DNA of 64,000 nucleotides from an uncultured bacterium (GCA_963713955.1 OY970216.1:732562-796561), one strand, 5' to 3'; positions 1 to 10,732 are shown, counted from the stretch's first letter. Notes: generated by a model from the sequence alone, not told the origin. Numbers and translations: made by a program.

Positions 1-1578
<1,578 letters not shown>

Positions 1579-1817
1579 TTCACTAATCGCAAAAGTGAAG
1601 CACTACTAATTTCTACCTCAAAAAGCTTACTTGCTTTTTGAGTTATTCAGTTTTCAAGATGCGTTCTTTCGGGCAACAAAAAATCCGCCACTTGGCGGAT
1701 AGCACAACTCGGATGCTGCCTACTCTTTGAGTTTGTGGCTACCGCCTAAGATATGTAATCTGAATTCCATTCGTGGTTACTATTGTAGCAGAGGGCACTG
1801 ATATGTCAAGAGTTCCA

Positions 1818-2450
1818 TTATCCACTGATAAGCGGGACAAAACTGAAGCCGAAGTACTGCTTTTGGCTGAATTCATCCTTGGAAATCTTATCTAAAACCA
1901 CAATGCTGTCTTTCACGGGCGCAACGATCCTGCCGCCTATTTTCAGTTGTTCTTTCCAGGCCCGGGGTATTTCTTCGGCTGCCGCGGCCGCAATGATCTT
2001 GTCGAACGGCGCTTCAGTAGGCAGTCCGAGAGACCCGTCTCCCAATGTGATCGAGACGGTCTTCTTTAAATTCTCGTATTTGGAAATGTTCTTCTCGGCG
2101 AGACTTTTCAGTTCGGGAATCCTTTCGACTGCGATCACCTTACCGCTCTTTCCTTCTTCGTCTCGAACCAAGAAAGAAACGAGGGCCGTTTGCCATCCCG
2201 AGCCGGCGCCGACGTCCAAAACTTTCTCTCCCCTCTTGAGTTCCAAAAGTTCGAGCATAAAAGCGACAGTCAGGGGTTGGGAAATAGTCTGTCCAAAACC
2301 TATCGGAAGCGGGATGTCCTCGTAGGCAAGTGGGATGTCATCTTCCGGGACGAAATCTTTCCGGTCGACCGCTTTGAACGCCTCAATGATAGACGGGGTT
2401 TTCAAATACCCGTCTCTTACCAAACTTGCGATGAGGGATTCTTTGTCCAT
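1818..2450 (-). CDS. pcm: protein-L-isoaspartate O-methyltransferase
   Basis: 210 aa with GQTISQP and LDVGAGSGW motifs typical of the PIMT family. Confidence 0.85.
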   Translation of the reverse strand: MDKESLIASLVRDGYLKTPSIIEAFKAVDRKDFVPEDDIPLAYEDIPLPIGFGQTISQPLTVAFMLELLELKRGEKVLDVGAGSGWQTALVSFLVRDEEGKSGKVIAVERIPELKSLAEKNISKYENLKKTVSITLGDGSLGLPTEAPFDKIIAAAAAEEIPRAWKEQLKIGGRIVAPVKDSIVVLDKISKDEFSQKQYFGFSFVPLISG

Positions 2451-2458
2451 TTATTCTG

Positions 2459-2529
2459 CGGGGACACTAGGGGTCGAACCTAGAATAACTCTTTTGGAGA
2501 GAGTCGTGATGCCATTTCACCATGTCCCC
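2459..2529 (-). tRNA. tRNA-Trp(CCA)
   Basis: Manual fold: acceptor GGGGACA/TGTCCCC, T-arm CTAGG-TTCGACC-CCTAG, anticodon stem ACTCT/AGAGT with loop CTCCAAA. Confidence 0.8.
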
Positions 2530-2575
2530 CACAAACTTTATTATACCAACAATTTCCGCTCTGCGAAAAAAGGAG

Positions 2576-2690
2576 CGAGCCGGGCATTCCTTCCGAAAGC
2601 TAAGACTTGCCCCGTACTACAACGAAGTTGTAGTACGGGGCTTGGGCGTCGCCCCGGAGACTGCCTGAGGAAGGGATGCCTGGCGAGCAG
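2576..2690 (+). repeat. structured ~85-nt repeat element, copy A (carries a nested 31-nt perfect palindrome)
   Basis: Shares the core gctaagacttgggcgtcgccccggagacKgcctgag plus a flanking 11-15-bp stem with copies at 17431-17510 (reverse) and 26809-26889. The palindrome ccccgtactacaacgaagttgtagtacgggg (2610-2640) is inserted between duplicated cttg. Confidence 0.65.
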
Positions 2691-2944
2691 CACAAGTCTA
2701 CTTCTTTGATTCTTTATGAACAGTGCTCTTCCTACACCACTTGCAATACTTCTTGTATTCTATTTTCCTCTCAACGGTTTTCCGATTCTTATGGAGCGTG
2801 TAATTCGCGTGCTTACACACGCTGCACCTCAGCCGTATTATGTTTTCGCTAAATTTTCCCTGTGCCATACAATCAACTTGAAACTTATAACTGATAACTT
2901 ACAGCAATCAACGATGGATGTAAAGTGTTCTTTGTTTCTTCGTG

Positions 2945-3216
2945 AGCCGTTGGCCGGATTCGAACCGGCGACCTACTCCTTCACTGATACCTCCCCTTCG
3001 GATTATACGGGAGGGTTAGACTGTATCTTTCCGCCAGGGGCGGACCCTTGTCAGTCGTTCGCTCGCCTAATTTTTTGCGTTGCAAAATTTTGGCGGGACG
3101 GTCTGATCCGCCGATGAGGTGGACTTTAACCGTTATTCGGGATTCACGATGAAATTGCTCTCATCGTGGGCAGTCAATCTACCATGGAGTTGCTCTACCA
3201 GCTGAGCTACAACGGC
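2945..3216 (-). tRNA. tRNA with ~198-nt intervening sequence (putative group I intron) in the anticodon loop; anticodon GUG (His) or GGU (Thr) depending on the junction
   Basis: 5' exon GCCGTTG-TA-GCTCAGCTGGTAGAGC-A-ACTCC (3216..3186) and 3' exon GGAGT-AGGTC-GCCGGTTCGAATCCGGC-CAACGGC-T (2979..2945). The acceptor (GCCGTTG/CAACGGC) and anticodon (ACTCC/GGAGT) stems are perfectly complementary across the ~200-nt gap. The intron has GACCGTC...GACAAGGGTCC-like segments. Confidence 0.65.
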
Positions 3217-3261
3217 ATATGTAAGGGCGACAAAAGCAAATGTTGCCCCGAAATAAATCTT

Positions 3262-3450
3262 CTATCCTATCCTTTTCTCCCTCCTTTCAAAGTAGAGTCC
3301 TCCCCCACCGCAACAGGCAGCAATAAGAATCTCCTCCTTGCCGGAAGTGATTCTCCTCGGCGTTGCGATCTTAACATCCGGGAGTTTATTAAAACTCTTC
3401 CTCCCTTGGATATTTTGTCTCGACTCTCGTACAGATTTCTTACCGTACAT
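3262..3450 (-). CDS. small basic hypothetical protein (62 aa)
   Basis: ORF preceded by GAGGAGG 5 nt upstream of the ATG. No recognizable family; could be non-coding. Confidence 0.25.
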   Translation of the reverse strand: MYGKKSVRESRQNIQGRKSFNKLPDVKIATPRRITSGKEEILIAACCGGGGLYFERREKRIG

Positions 3451-3637
3451 GATGCCTCCTCAGTTTTTTATGAATATGTCCCCTGATCAGTTTTCCGAAA
3501 CCGAACTGCCAGGGATTGTTTTCATTATTTACAAAGGACTACCCTTACAATAGGTTAATTTTCATCCTAAAACACCAATCGTGTCAACTGCGACCTGAAA
3601 AGTTATCCACATCCGCCTCATCGGCGGACTAAAATTC

Positions 3638-3890
3638 TGGAGCCGGAGAAAGGAGTCGAACCTCCAGCTTTCCGCTTATCCCGCATAAAAACGTTTTTCC
3701 TTTTTGAGCCATCCCCGAGATTCGAACTCGGAACCTTCGCTTTACAAAAGCGTTGCTCTACCGTTGAGCTAGGATGGCATATATTTCTAACGGGGCGGGC
3801 AAAACCGTTGTTCCGATAGCAAAGCTATCGAGAATCCTCGATATTCTAGCGAAACCTTCGGTTTTGAGAATATCGGGACTCTACCACTGA
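3638..3890 (-). other. split or disrupted tRNA: a 5' half (acceptor + D-arm + extended anticodon-like arm, 3790-3890) and a 3' fragment (T-arm + acceptor + CCA, 3638-3690) flanking tRNA-Thr
   Basis: 5' half: GCCGGAG-TA-GCTCAGTGGTAGAGT-C-CCGAT...ATCGG. 3' fragment: GGAGG-TTCGACT-CCTTT-CTCCGGC-T-CCA. The acceptor strands GCCGGAG/CTCCGGC are perfectly complementary, but neither half forms a complete tRNA locally. Confidence 0.4.
3704..3776 (-). tRNA. tRNA-Thr(UGU)
   Basis: Acceptor GCCATCC/GGATGGC, D-arm GCTC-AACGGTA-GAGC, anticodon loop TTTGTAA, T-arm CCGAG-TTCGAAT-CTCGG. Confidence 0.85.
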
Positions 3891-3944
3891 GCTACTCCGG
3901 CGTTGCTCCCCGCCCTGTTACCAAACAAGCATTATTATATTGTC

Positions 3945-4062
3945 ACTTCGCACTTCGTGCGTAAAGTGCCCAGCCTTCGCAGCTGAAGCTGCTTCGGTGA
4001 AGTGGGTCAATGCCCGTTTTGGTGCGGGATGCCGCTGAGCTAAGGTGGCATTATTAATTTAG
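3945..4062 (+). ncRNA. candidate small structured RNA (unknown family)
   Basis: ORF-free ~115 nt with nested hairpins (GCAC-UUC-GUGC inside CACUU/AAGUG; GCAGC-UGAA-GCUGC; CUUC-GGU-GAAG; GGGU-CAAU-GCCC). A -10-like TATTATAT lies at ~3930. A 3' hairpin GCCGC...GUGGC is followed by a U-rich AUUAUUAAUUU tail. Confidence 0.3.
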
Positions 4063-4161
4063 AATAAGCCACAAAACGAATCGGCGGAAAACGGGTAAAC
4101 TTCTACGTGATATGACAAAACCACATATATTATAAACCTCGGGGAACCACAAGGGTAAGTC

Positions 4162-4764
4162 CTATTGCAAAATCACCTTTCCTAAAATGTCAGACTGACC
4201 GACCAAGCCGAAGTGGGTGGAATCAAGCGAGCCACCGATCTCATCGCCCAAAATCAGGTAAGCATCTTTTGGTATGACCGGGTAACTTTGAGTATAAAGA
4301 GGGAGCATTTTGTTCGTGTCGGGTATCTGGTATTCTTTCCCTTCGCTATTCCTCAAGACCCGACTGTTAACCAAGATCAAGAAGTACCCGTTTTTGTTTT
4401 CGAGCGACCAGTGATCGCCGGGCACGGCCTGGACCATTTTAACCAAAGGATTCGGGTCACCGGCATAGCGATAGAGCACTATATCACCGCGCTCAATCGA
4501 GCGGCAGGCATAGTAACCGAGAAGAACTTTGACTGTTTCTCCTGGCTTGACAAGCGGCGTCATTGACGTTCCCTCCACGGTTCTTTCTTCAGTTTGGACG
4601 GGGCACGAAGATGAGGTGGTAGCGCTACCGTTGGTGCTTATAACCCCGAGTGGATGTTCAAGCGAGTGACCAGAACCAAACGGTTTGAAGATCAAATAAC
4701 CAATGAAAGCGAGCTCAAGTAAAACAACAATGATGAAGAAAATAAATAAGGTTCTGCTGGACAT
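4162..4764 (-). CDS. lepB: signal peptidase I (S26 family)
   Basis: N-terminal TM, catalytic-Ser box GTSMTPL, RGDIV motif, and C-terminal GDEIGGSLDSTHFGLV box. TATAAT lies 8 nt upstream of the ATG. Confidence 0.8.
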   Translation of the reverse strand: MSSRTLFIFFIIVVLLELAFIGYLIFKPFGSGHSLEHPLGVISTNGSATTSSSCPVQTEERTVEGTSMTPLVKPGETVKVLLGYYACRSIERGDIVLYRYAGDPNPLVKMVQAVPGDHWSLENKNGYFLILVNSRVLRNSEGKEYQIPDTNKMLPLYTQSYPVIPKDAYLILGDEIGGSLDSTHFGLVGQSDILGKVILQ

Positions 4765-4910
4765 TAAGATGATTATAACTAAAGGGCGTTAGCCATAGGA
4801 TGGGGAAAAATCGGGGGGTTACTGCGCTCTAACGGCAAATATATTGGAGGAAAACCACACAAAAACCCTTGGGGTTTAGGCGAGCTGCCGCTTTAAAATC
4901 TGACAGAAAA

Positions 4911-5456
4911 TCATTCCACACACATGGCGCACGGCCCATCCACCGTGTACAACACAAAGCCATCGCTGCTCAATGATCCAGTAGGCCCGTTCCCTGGATA
5001 GCACTCTGCATAATAGCCCTGGTAGCTGGATCCACCAGTTATCGTAAAATACACGTAAGTCATCTTGCCAGAATACTCCGTTATGTAGGGTGACGGGCAC
5101 GTAGACGTCCCCAGGGCGGTGTATGTCCACTGCATACCTGCGAGTGCGTCCACATACGCTTTTGTCGCGGCGTCAGTGGTCATTATCGGGGTAGCCAGAC
5201 CAGTTATCGTGCCAGTTGCCATAGTAATCGTCCCATTGACGGTCAGAGTTGACGACGGGCTCACTGTCCCGATCCCAACCTTGCCGCCACTGTAGTAAAT
5301 GCCCGTTGATGTCGTTGTCCATTGAGAAGAAGTTATAGTCGGATTTCCATTCGGGGGAGTTTGGGTGGGATTGGCGAAAACAATACCGGCGACGCTGACG
5401 ACCAAAGCTATGGAAAGGATCGCTATGGCAAGAATGTATGGGGTTTTGGAATTCAT
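4911..5456 (-). CDS. secreted or membrane-anchored hypothetical protein with 'VGIGT...DAATKAYVD' tail-fibre-like motif
   Basis: N-terminal TM/signal. The motif KVGIGTVSPSSTLTVNGTIT...TGLATPIMTTDAATKAYVD is shared with 43019-44200, 44968-46275 and 48404-49174. Confidence 0.55.
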   Translation of the reverse strand: MNSKTPYILAIAILSIALVVSVAGIVFANPTQTPPNGNPTITSSQWTTTSTGIYYSGGKVGIGTVSPSSTLTVNGTITMATGTITGLATPIMTTDAATKAYVDALAGMQWTYTALGTSTCPSPYITEYSGKMTYVYFTITGGSSYQGYYAECYPGNGPTGSLSSDGFVLYTVDGPCAMCVE

Positions 5457-5502
5457 AGATTTAATTCATGCTTTGTACTTGTATTATAGCACACCACATT
5501 GC

Positions 5503-7002
5503 TTAGTGTGGTTGCCAGGTGGTGTTTACCTTATAGGGAATGGTTCCGCATGACCCACCGTCCGCGCAGTTAAAGGAAATCCAGCCCACGTTATCATTCC
5601 AGGCATAGCCGTGGAAATCGCCGCTCGAATCGATCGTCACGCCGTAACTCACGGTACCGGGGCAGCTCGAGGTGCTCTGACCGCCACAGAAGCTTACCCA
5701 GCCGATATTGTCGTTCCAGGCGTAGCCGGCAAGCGTGGCGGTCGCCGAGGTAAACGTGTTCGTGACACCGTAGTTCACCGAAGAACAAGAACCAGTATTA
5801 GAACAGTTAAGGCTGATATTTCCATAGTTAGCATTCCACGCATAGCCCGCGAGGCCGCTGTCGGACACCGTGACGTTTGACGAGGATGAAGCAAACTGTA
5901 ACCATCCAATGTTATCATTCCACGCGTACTGATACGTCGAATTTATCGTGCCGGTCGGATAGACAATCGCAAAGCCGTTGATCAACGATCCACTTTGGCT
6001 ATCCGGGTTCGTGACGACGACGTTCCACTGGCCGACCGCGGCACCAACCAAGTTAAAGGAACCGCCGGTCAAGCTCGTGGGGCCCGAAAAAGCGAAGCCG
6101 GTACCACTGATGTTGGGTTGTCCCTGCTTTTGGAGCGCGACCGTCGCGCCATTTTGAAAGTAAGCGCCGCCGACCGACGTGCTCGTGACGCTTTGCCCCG
6201 CGAAGCCGCTCGTCGGCGAGACGGAAGTCGGAACCGGCGCCGGTAACATGACGGTAAAACCGTTCGCGAGGGTCGAGGTACTACCATCAGGGTTCGTAAC
6301 GACGACGTTCCAAGTACCCGTCGCCGCACCCGTCAAATTGAAAGAGCCGCCACTTAAACTCTGGGGATCGGTAACTTGAAAACCGCTGCCCGAAATATCC
6401 GTTTGGCCGCTCTTCGTGAGTTTCGCGGTTGCCCCGCTCCAGAAATTGCTCCCAGAGATGAGAACACTCGAAACAGGACCATTATTGGCGCCGGTCGAAG
6501 GGTTTATGGATGAAACAGCAAGAACCGAACTGCTCAGAATGTCGATTCTCCCTGCAGGAGTGATTTCGATAACCTTCTGGAGCGATACGTTGCTCCCCAC
6601 CGCTATCGTAACGGAGAAGTAGGCGTTGATTGACCCGGAGAGCGGATTGAAAACCACGCCTTTCCCCCCGCCGACCGCAGGATCCAAAAATATTATTCCG
6701 CTCTCGAGAGAATAAGCCCTGTTAACCGTTCCGGAAGCGTAACTCGAACCGCTGAAAATGGTGTAGGTACCCGGGGAACTCGAGGAATTTATGAATTGAA
6801 CCCCCCACTCGGCACCGTTCTCCTCTGTCCTCGAATTCTCTTGCGCACTTTGAAGAGCGGCTTTTATCTCTTGGGCCGTGAGGTTGAGCTGGTTGCTCTT
6901 GCCGTAATTGTTGAGTGTCAAAAAAGTGGCCGTGGCCAAAACGGCGCCGACGCCGATGATAACCAGAAGTTCAATAAGGGTGAAGGCAAAACGATTTTTC
7001 AT
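5503..7002 (-). CDS. large prepilin-like protein (type IV pilin N-terminus + Ig-like repeats + C-terminal YAWNDNIGW repeats)
   Basis: The N-terminus MKNRFA|FTLIELLVIIGV is a class III signal. Two ~70-aa repeats (SGSxF...TGTWNVVVTNPDGS). Four to five copies of GYAWN[DA]N[IV]GW[IV]SF. Confidence 0.7.
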   Translation of the reverse strand: MKNRFAFTLIELLVIIGVGAVLATATFLTLNNYGKSNQLNLTAQEIKAALQSAQENSRTEENGAEWGVQFINSSSSPGTYTIFSGSSYASGTVNRAYSLESGIIFLDPAVGGGKGVVFNPLSGSINAYFSVTIAVGSNVSLQKVIEITPAGRIDILSSSVLAVSSINPSTGANNGPVSSVLISGSNFWSGATAKLTKSGQTDISGSGFQVTDPQSLSGGSFNLTGAATGTWNVVVTNPDGSTSTLANGFTVMLPAPVPTSVSPTSGFAGQSVTSTSVGGAYFQNGATVALQKQGQPNISGTGFAFSGPTSLTGGSFNLVGAAVGQWNVVVTNPDSQSGSLINGFAIVYPTGTINSTYQYAWNDNIGWLQFASSSSNVTVSDSGLAGYAWNANYGNISLNCSNTGSCSSVNYGVTNTFTSATATLAGYAWNDNIGWVSFCGGQSTSSCPGTVSYGVTIDSSGDFHGYAWNDNVGWISFNCADGGSCGTIPYKVNTTWQPH

Positions 7003-8207
7003 CAGAATTGGGTGGTTAATTGGTAAATGGGAATTATTATCGAAAGGGCTATCAACCCCACCACGATCCCTATCAGCATAAGCATAACAGGCTCCAGGAA
7101 GGAAACCAATGTTTTGAGTGAGCTGTCTATTTCTCCGGAGTAGAAATCAGCCAAGGTTCCGAGTACTTCCTCCATGTGACCGGCTTTTTCGGATATGGCG
7201 ATGAGATTCACGACCGTCTTCGGGAAAAAGGGCTCTCTCCTGAAAGATTCGCCGACCGTGAGACCTTTCGCCAAACCTTCTTCCGAAACGCGGATAAGCG
7301 CCTCCCTGAGCTCGACGTTACCGACGGTTGCCGCAGTCACTCCCAGCGAGTCGGTAAGCGGAATACCAGCTTTGATGAGCGATGAAAGCGTGGCGGCAAA
7401 CCGCTGGAGAGCGATTTTCTGAATCACGTCTTTGATCACCGGTATCTCCTTCACCAAGCTGAACATGAATCTCCGAAACACCAGCAAATTCCTGTAAGCA
7501 AAGAAAGCGCCGACGAGCGCGAGAACTCCGAGAGACAGGATGACAAAACCGTTGTGGGCAAAGAAAAGGCCCACCGCGAAAACCACTCTCGAGAAAAGGG
7601 GCGGCGTAAACCCTCCCTGCTCGAAAACGTTCGCGATCTTCGGCAAAGCGTACATAACCATGAAGACGAGAATGAGGACGGAGGCCGACAAAAGCAGGAT
7701 CGGATAAATCAGCGCGCCTTTTATCTGATCCTTCAGCGTTTTCTCCTTGGTCAGCGAATTGGAAAGGTTCTCGAACACCGAATCAAGGTTACCGGAGGTC
7801 TCCCCCGCCCTGATGAGATTTATGTAAACTTGGCTGAAGACTTTCGGGTACTTCGCAAAAACGGTGAAAAACGGCCGCCCTTTTTCCAGATTTTCCCTCA
7901 CTTCCATCAAAAATGATCTGACTGCTTTTTTGTCGAAATCCTCAATCAGTATGTTGATGGCTTGGAGAAGGCCGGTGCCGAGCCGGAGCATGAGCGACAG
8001 GTATTTGGATATGAAAATCTGATCGGTGATGGTTATTTTGCCTCTCAGGAAGCCCCCCGATGTCCCCAGCTTCGCGACGGGGCGAATACTCACCGGCTTC
8101 AGGTTGCGGGAGGATAAAAACTGAAGGACTTCGGCGACATTCTTTGCCTCGGTCTGATTCTCGACCACCTTACCGTCGGATTGCGAAGCGATGTAATTGA
8201 ATCTCAT
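7002..8207 (-). CDS. pilC: type IV pilus assembly / T2SS platform protein PilC/GspF
   Basis: 401 aa, polytopic, two GspF-like repeats. Overlaps the downstream pilin start by ATGA. Confidence 0.85.
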   Translation of the reverse strand: MRFNYIASQSDGKVVENQTEAKNVAEVLQFLSSRNLKPVSIRPVAKLGTSGGFLRGKITITDQIFISKYLSLMLRLGTGLLQAINILIEDFDKKAVRSFLMEVRENLEKGRPFFTVFAKYPKVFSQVYINLIRAGETSGNLDSVFENLSNSLTKEKTLKDQIKGALIYPILLLSASVLILVFMVMYALPKIANVFEQGGFTPPLFSRVVFAVGLFFAHNGFVILSLGVLALVGAFFAYRNLLVFRRFMFSLVKEIPVIKDVIQKIALQRFAATLSSLIKAGIPLTDSLGVTAATVGNVELREALIRVSEEGLAKGLTVGESFRREPFFPKTVVNLIAISEKAGHMEEVLGTLADFYSGEIDSSLKTLVSFLEPVMLMLIGIVVGLIALSIIIPIYQLTTQF

Positions 8208-8230
8208 CTTTCGTTTATTCTAACACAACT

Positions 8231-9949
8231 TTATTCCCGCATGACCCTGAACAGTTCCTCAATTGTGGTTACGCCGAGACCCACCTTCCGCAAGCCATCC
8301 TCAAACATCGTAATCATGCCTTCTTCCCTCGCCACTTTTCGCAGATTGTCCAAATTGAAATCCTTGCTGATGATGAGGCTCCTGATCCTCTCGGTAACGC
8401 CAAAGATCTCGAATATACCGAGACGCCCCATGTACCCGGAGTAATTGCACGCGGCGCACCCCTTCCCCCGGTAGAACGTCTTGGGAAGCTTCACCTCGCT
8501 CACTCCTTCGCTGAATTCCTTAACCTGCGACTCGATGCTCTCGTAAACCTCCTTACTCAGGGAATAGGACTCTATGCACCCAGTGTGTATCTTTCTCACG
8601 AGCCTTTGGGAACTCACCGCGTTCAAAACAGCCGATACGAGGAAGGAAGGGATCCCCATGTCGACCAGCCGGGGAACGGCCGTCGGGGAATCATTCGTGT
8701 GCAAGCTCGAGAGAACGAGGTGCCCGGTCAAGGACGACTGCACGGCGATGTCGGCCGTCTCGTTATCCCGTATCTCCCCCACCATGATGACGTTTGGATC
8801 CTGCCGCAAGATGGAACGGAGACCCGCAGCGAACGTGATGCCTGCCGCTTCGTTCACTTGCGTTTGATTCAAATAGCGCATGTCGTATTCTATTGGATCT
8901 TCGATGGTCACAATATTCACATCGGGCTTATTCAAGATACTGAGAACGGAATAGAGGGTGGTCGTTTTGCCCGAGCCGGTCGGGCCACAGACCAAAACCA
9001 TGCCGTAGCTTTTGGAAATGGCCTCCGTAATAAGTTTCGCCGTATCGTCGAACATCCCGAGTTCCTGGAAAGAAAGCGGCTTCTGAGCGGCTGCCAAGAG
9101 ACGCATTTCTACTTTCTCTCCGTAGAACGTCGGGATGACCGAAACGCGGACGTCTATGAAATCTCCGCCGATCTTGTATCTAAATCTCCCGTCCTGCGGA
9201 TGCGTATGTTCGTCCACCCGCAAATTGGAAAGTATCTTGATCCTCGCGACGATCGCAGGGTGTATTTCCTTGGGCATCCGTATGATTTCGTGAAGGATAC
9301 CATCGATCCTGAACCTGACGAGGATCGCGTCATCGAGAACCTCAAAGTGAATGTCGGAAGCGCGGGCAGAAACGGCGTACGCCATGAGATTATCAACGGT
9401 CGCGACAATCGGGACGTCCGCCGCGAGCTGATTCACGTCCCCCGTCCTCGTCCTCAATCGAAGGGATTCTTTGATACTCTTTTCTACGATCTGCTTGAAA
9501 TCCTGGGTTAGTTTTTTCTGGTACAGGATGAATCCCCGGTTCAAATCATCTTCGGTCGCAAGAAAAGGTTTAATCTCGCCCTGCAACTTTAGTTTCAGGA
9601 AGTCCACCGTTTCCAAGTCGGTGGGATTTTCCATGGCAACCTCAAAAGCACCCCCCGCGTCCTTCCCGAAAACAATGGCCTTTCGGGCCCTCGCTATTTC
9701 CTCCGGCAGCAGATTCAGCATCCCCTCGTCTATTTGAATGAGTCCCAAATTCACCCGGGGAACTTCAAGCGCTTTGGAAATCAAGAGATAGAAATAATCC
9801 TTAGTTACGAGGCCGCTCGAAATGACGACGTCCGCGACATTCTGGCGGTTTCGCTCGGCTTCCGTGGCAATGGCATCGAACGCGCCGGAATCCACGACGC
9901 CATCCTTGACGAGGATATCCTTAAGCTTCTGAGAAGACAGGTTTATCAT
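8231..9949 (-). CDS. pilB: type IV pilus assembly ATPase PilB / GspE
   Basis: 572 aa. Walker A GPTGSGKTT, Asp/His boxes, tetracysteine CxxC...CxxC, and a GspE N-terminal domain. Confidence 0.9.
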   Translation of the reverse strand: MINLSSQKLKDILVKDGVVDSGAFDAIATEAERNRQNVADVVISSGLVTKDYFYLLISKALEVPRVNLGLIQIDEGMLNLLPEEIARARKAIVFGKDAGGAFEVAMENPTDLETVDFLKLKLQGEIKPFLATEDDLNRGFILYQKKLTQDFKQIVEKSIKESLRLRTRTGDVNQLAADVPIVATVDNLMAYAVSARASDIHFEVLDDAILVRFRIDGILHEIIRMPKEIHPAIVARIKILSNLRVDEHTHPQDGRFRYKIGGDFIDVRVSVIPTFYGEKVEMRLLAAAQKPLSFQELGMFDDTAKLITEAISKSYGMVLVCGPTGSGKTTTLYSVLSILNKPDVNIVTIEDPIEYDMRYLNQTQVNEAAGITFAAGLRSILRQDPNVIMVGEIRDNETADIAVQSSLTGHLVLSSLHTNDSPTAVPRLVDMGIPSFLVSAVLNAVSSQRLVRKIHTGCIESYSLSKEVYESIESQVKEFSEGVSEVKLPKTFYRGKGCAACNYSGYMGRLGIFEIFGVTERIRSLIISKDFNLDNLRKVAREEGMITMFEDGLRKVGLGVTTIEELFRVMRE

Positions 9950-10018
9950 CTTCGTTACTTATTATAGAACAAAAAAAACAACCGCTCTATGGGGCGGCTG
10001 GGCAATCGGCGTCACTCG

Positions 10019-10732
10019 TCAGCTTCCGCTCATGAGGCTGAGATTATTCCCTGTTTCGTACCACCCGTTGCTGTTTCCATTGTCCGTGCTTACCGCATCC
10101 GCCGAACCCCCTTTACCGTACTTTTGACTTTCCATCGCAGCGCTCAGTTCATAAGTGCCGACGGTCGAACTCGCGGCAAAAATGTATTCGCACGTGGCGG
10201 CATTCGCCGTGCCGTTCAAGTCTCTGCATCCTTTTGTGCCAGCCTGCGGATCAACTGGCAGTTTTGAGAGCGGCGCGCCACTCGAGATGAGAGTGAAGTT
10301 CAAGGGAACCCACCCTCCTCCGCCCACGGTCGACGAAACCGAACCAGTTGCATAACTCCCGCTATTGCACGTTGGCGTGCTTGAAGCAAGGGAATTGGTA
10401 ACGTTCGGATAACATCCCGCCGACGGCCAGGAGGGGTTTCTCACATCCGCTATGAAAAGAGCGATTGCGCTGTTCAAAGCTGCCATGTCGGAGATTCTCG
10501 TTGAGTCCCTTCCTTGCTTGATGAGTTCAGCAGGATTCAAGACCAAGACAACGGCAGTCGCCAAAACTGCCAAAATTGCGATAACTACCAGCAATTCAAT
10601 CAAGGTGAAACCTCTTGCTTCTTGCAGGGATGACGACTTGCCCCGTACGAAGATGCTGCGCATCTTTCGTATCGGGGTCACGACCAAGAGCTCTATCAGC
10701 GTGAAACCCCTTTTCTCTTTTCCTTCCTTCAT
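10019..10732 (-). CDS. prepilin-like protein with a duplicated 5' end
   Basis: Two tandem RGFTLIELLVV prepilin N-termini. The functional start is likely the second one (MRSIF...QEARG|FTLIELLVVIAILAVLATAVV). Confidence 0.65.
   Translation of the reverse strand: MKEGKEKRGFTLIELLVVTPIRKMRSIFVRGKSSSLQEARGFTLIELLVVIAILAVLATAVVLVLNPAELIKQGRDSTRISDMAALNSAIALFIADVRNPSWPSAGCYPNVTNSLASSTPTCNSGSYATGSVSSTVGGGGWVPLNFTLISSGAPLSKLPVDPQAGTKGCRDLNGTANAATCEYIFAASSTVGTYELSAAMESQKYGKGGSADAVSTDNGNSNGWYETGNNLSLMSGS

Noticed and set aside
3638-3890. tmRNA (two-piece or standard) hypothesis for the split tRNA-like halves
   Set aside because: The 5' half has a canonical tRNA D-arm (GCTC-AGTGGTA-GAGT), unlike the tmRNA tRNA-like domain. 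No tag ORF or pseudoknots were recognised, and the element order is not permuted.
3930-4062. 5S rRNA
   Set aside because: No CCGAAC / GAACUCAGAAGUGAAAC / GGUAGUGUGG signatures. The fold is a string of short hairpins rather than the 5S three-way junction.
5594-6622. Multiple 60-90-aa ORFs on both strands inside the large pilin gene
   Set aside because: They are antisense or out-of-frame to a 499-aa ORF with a prepilin N-terminus and internal repeats.
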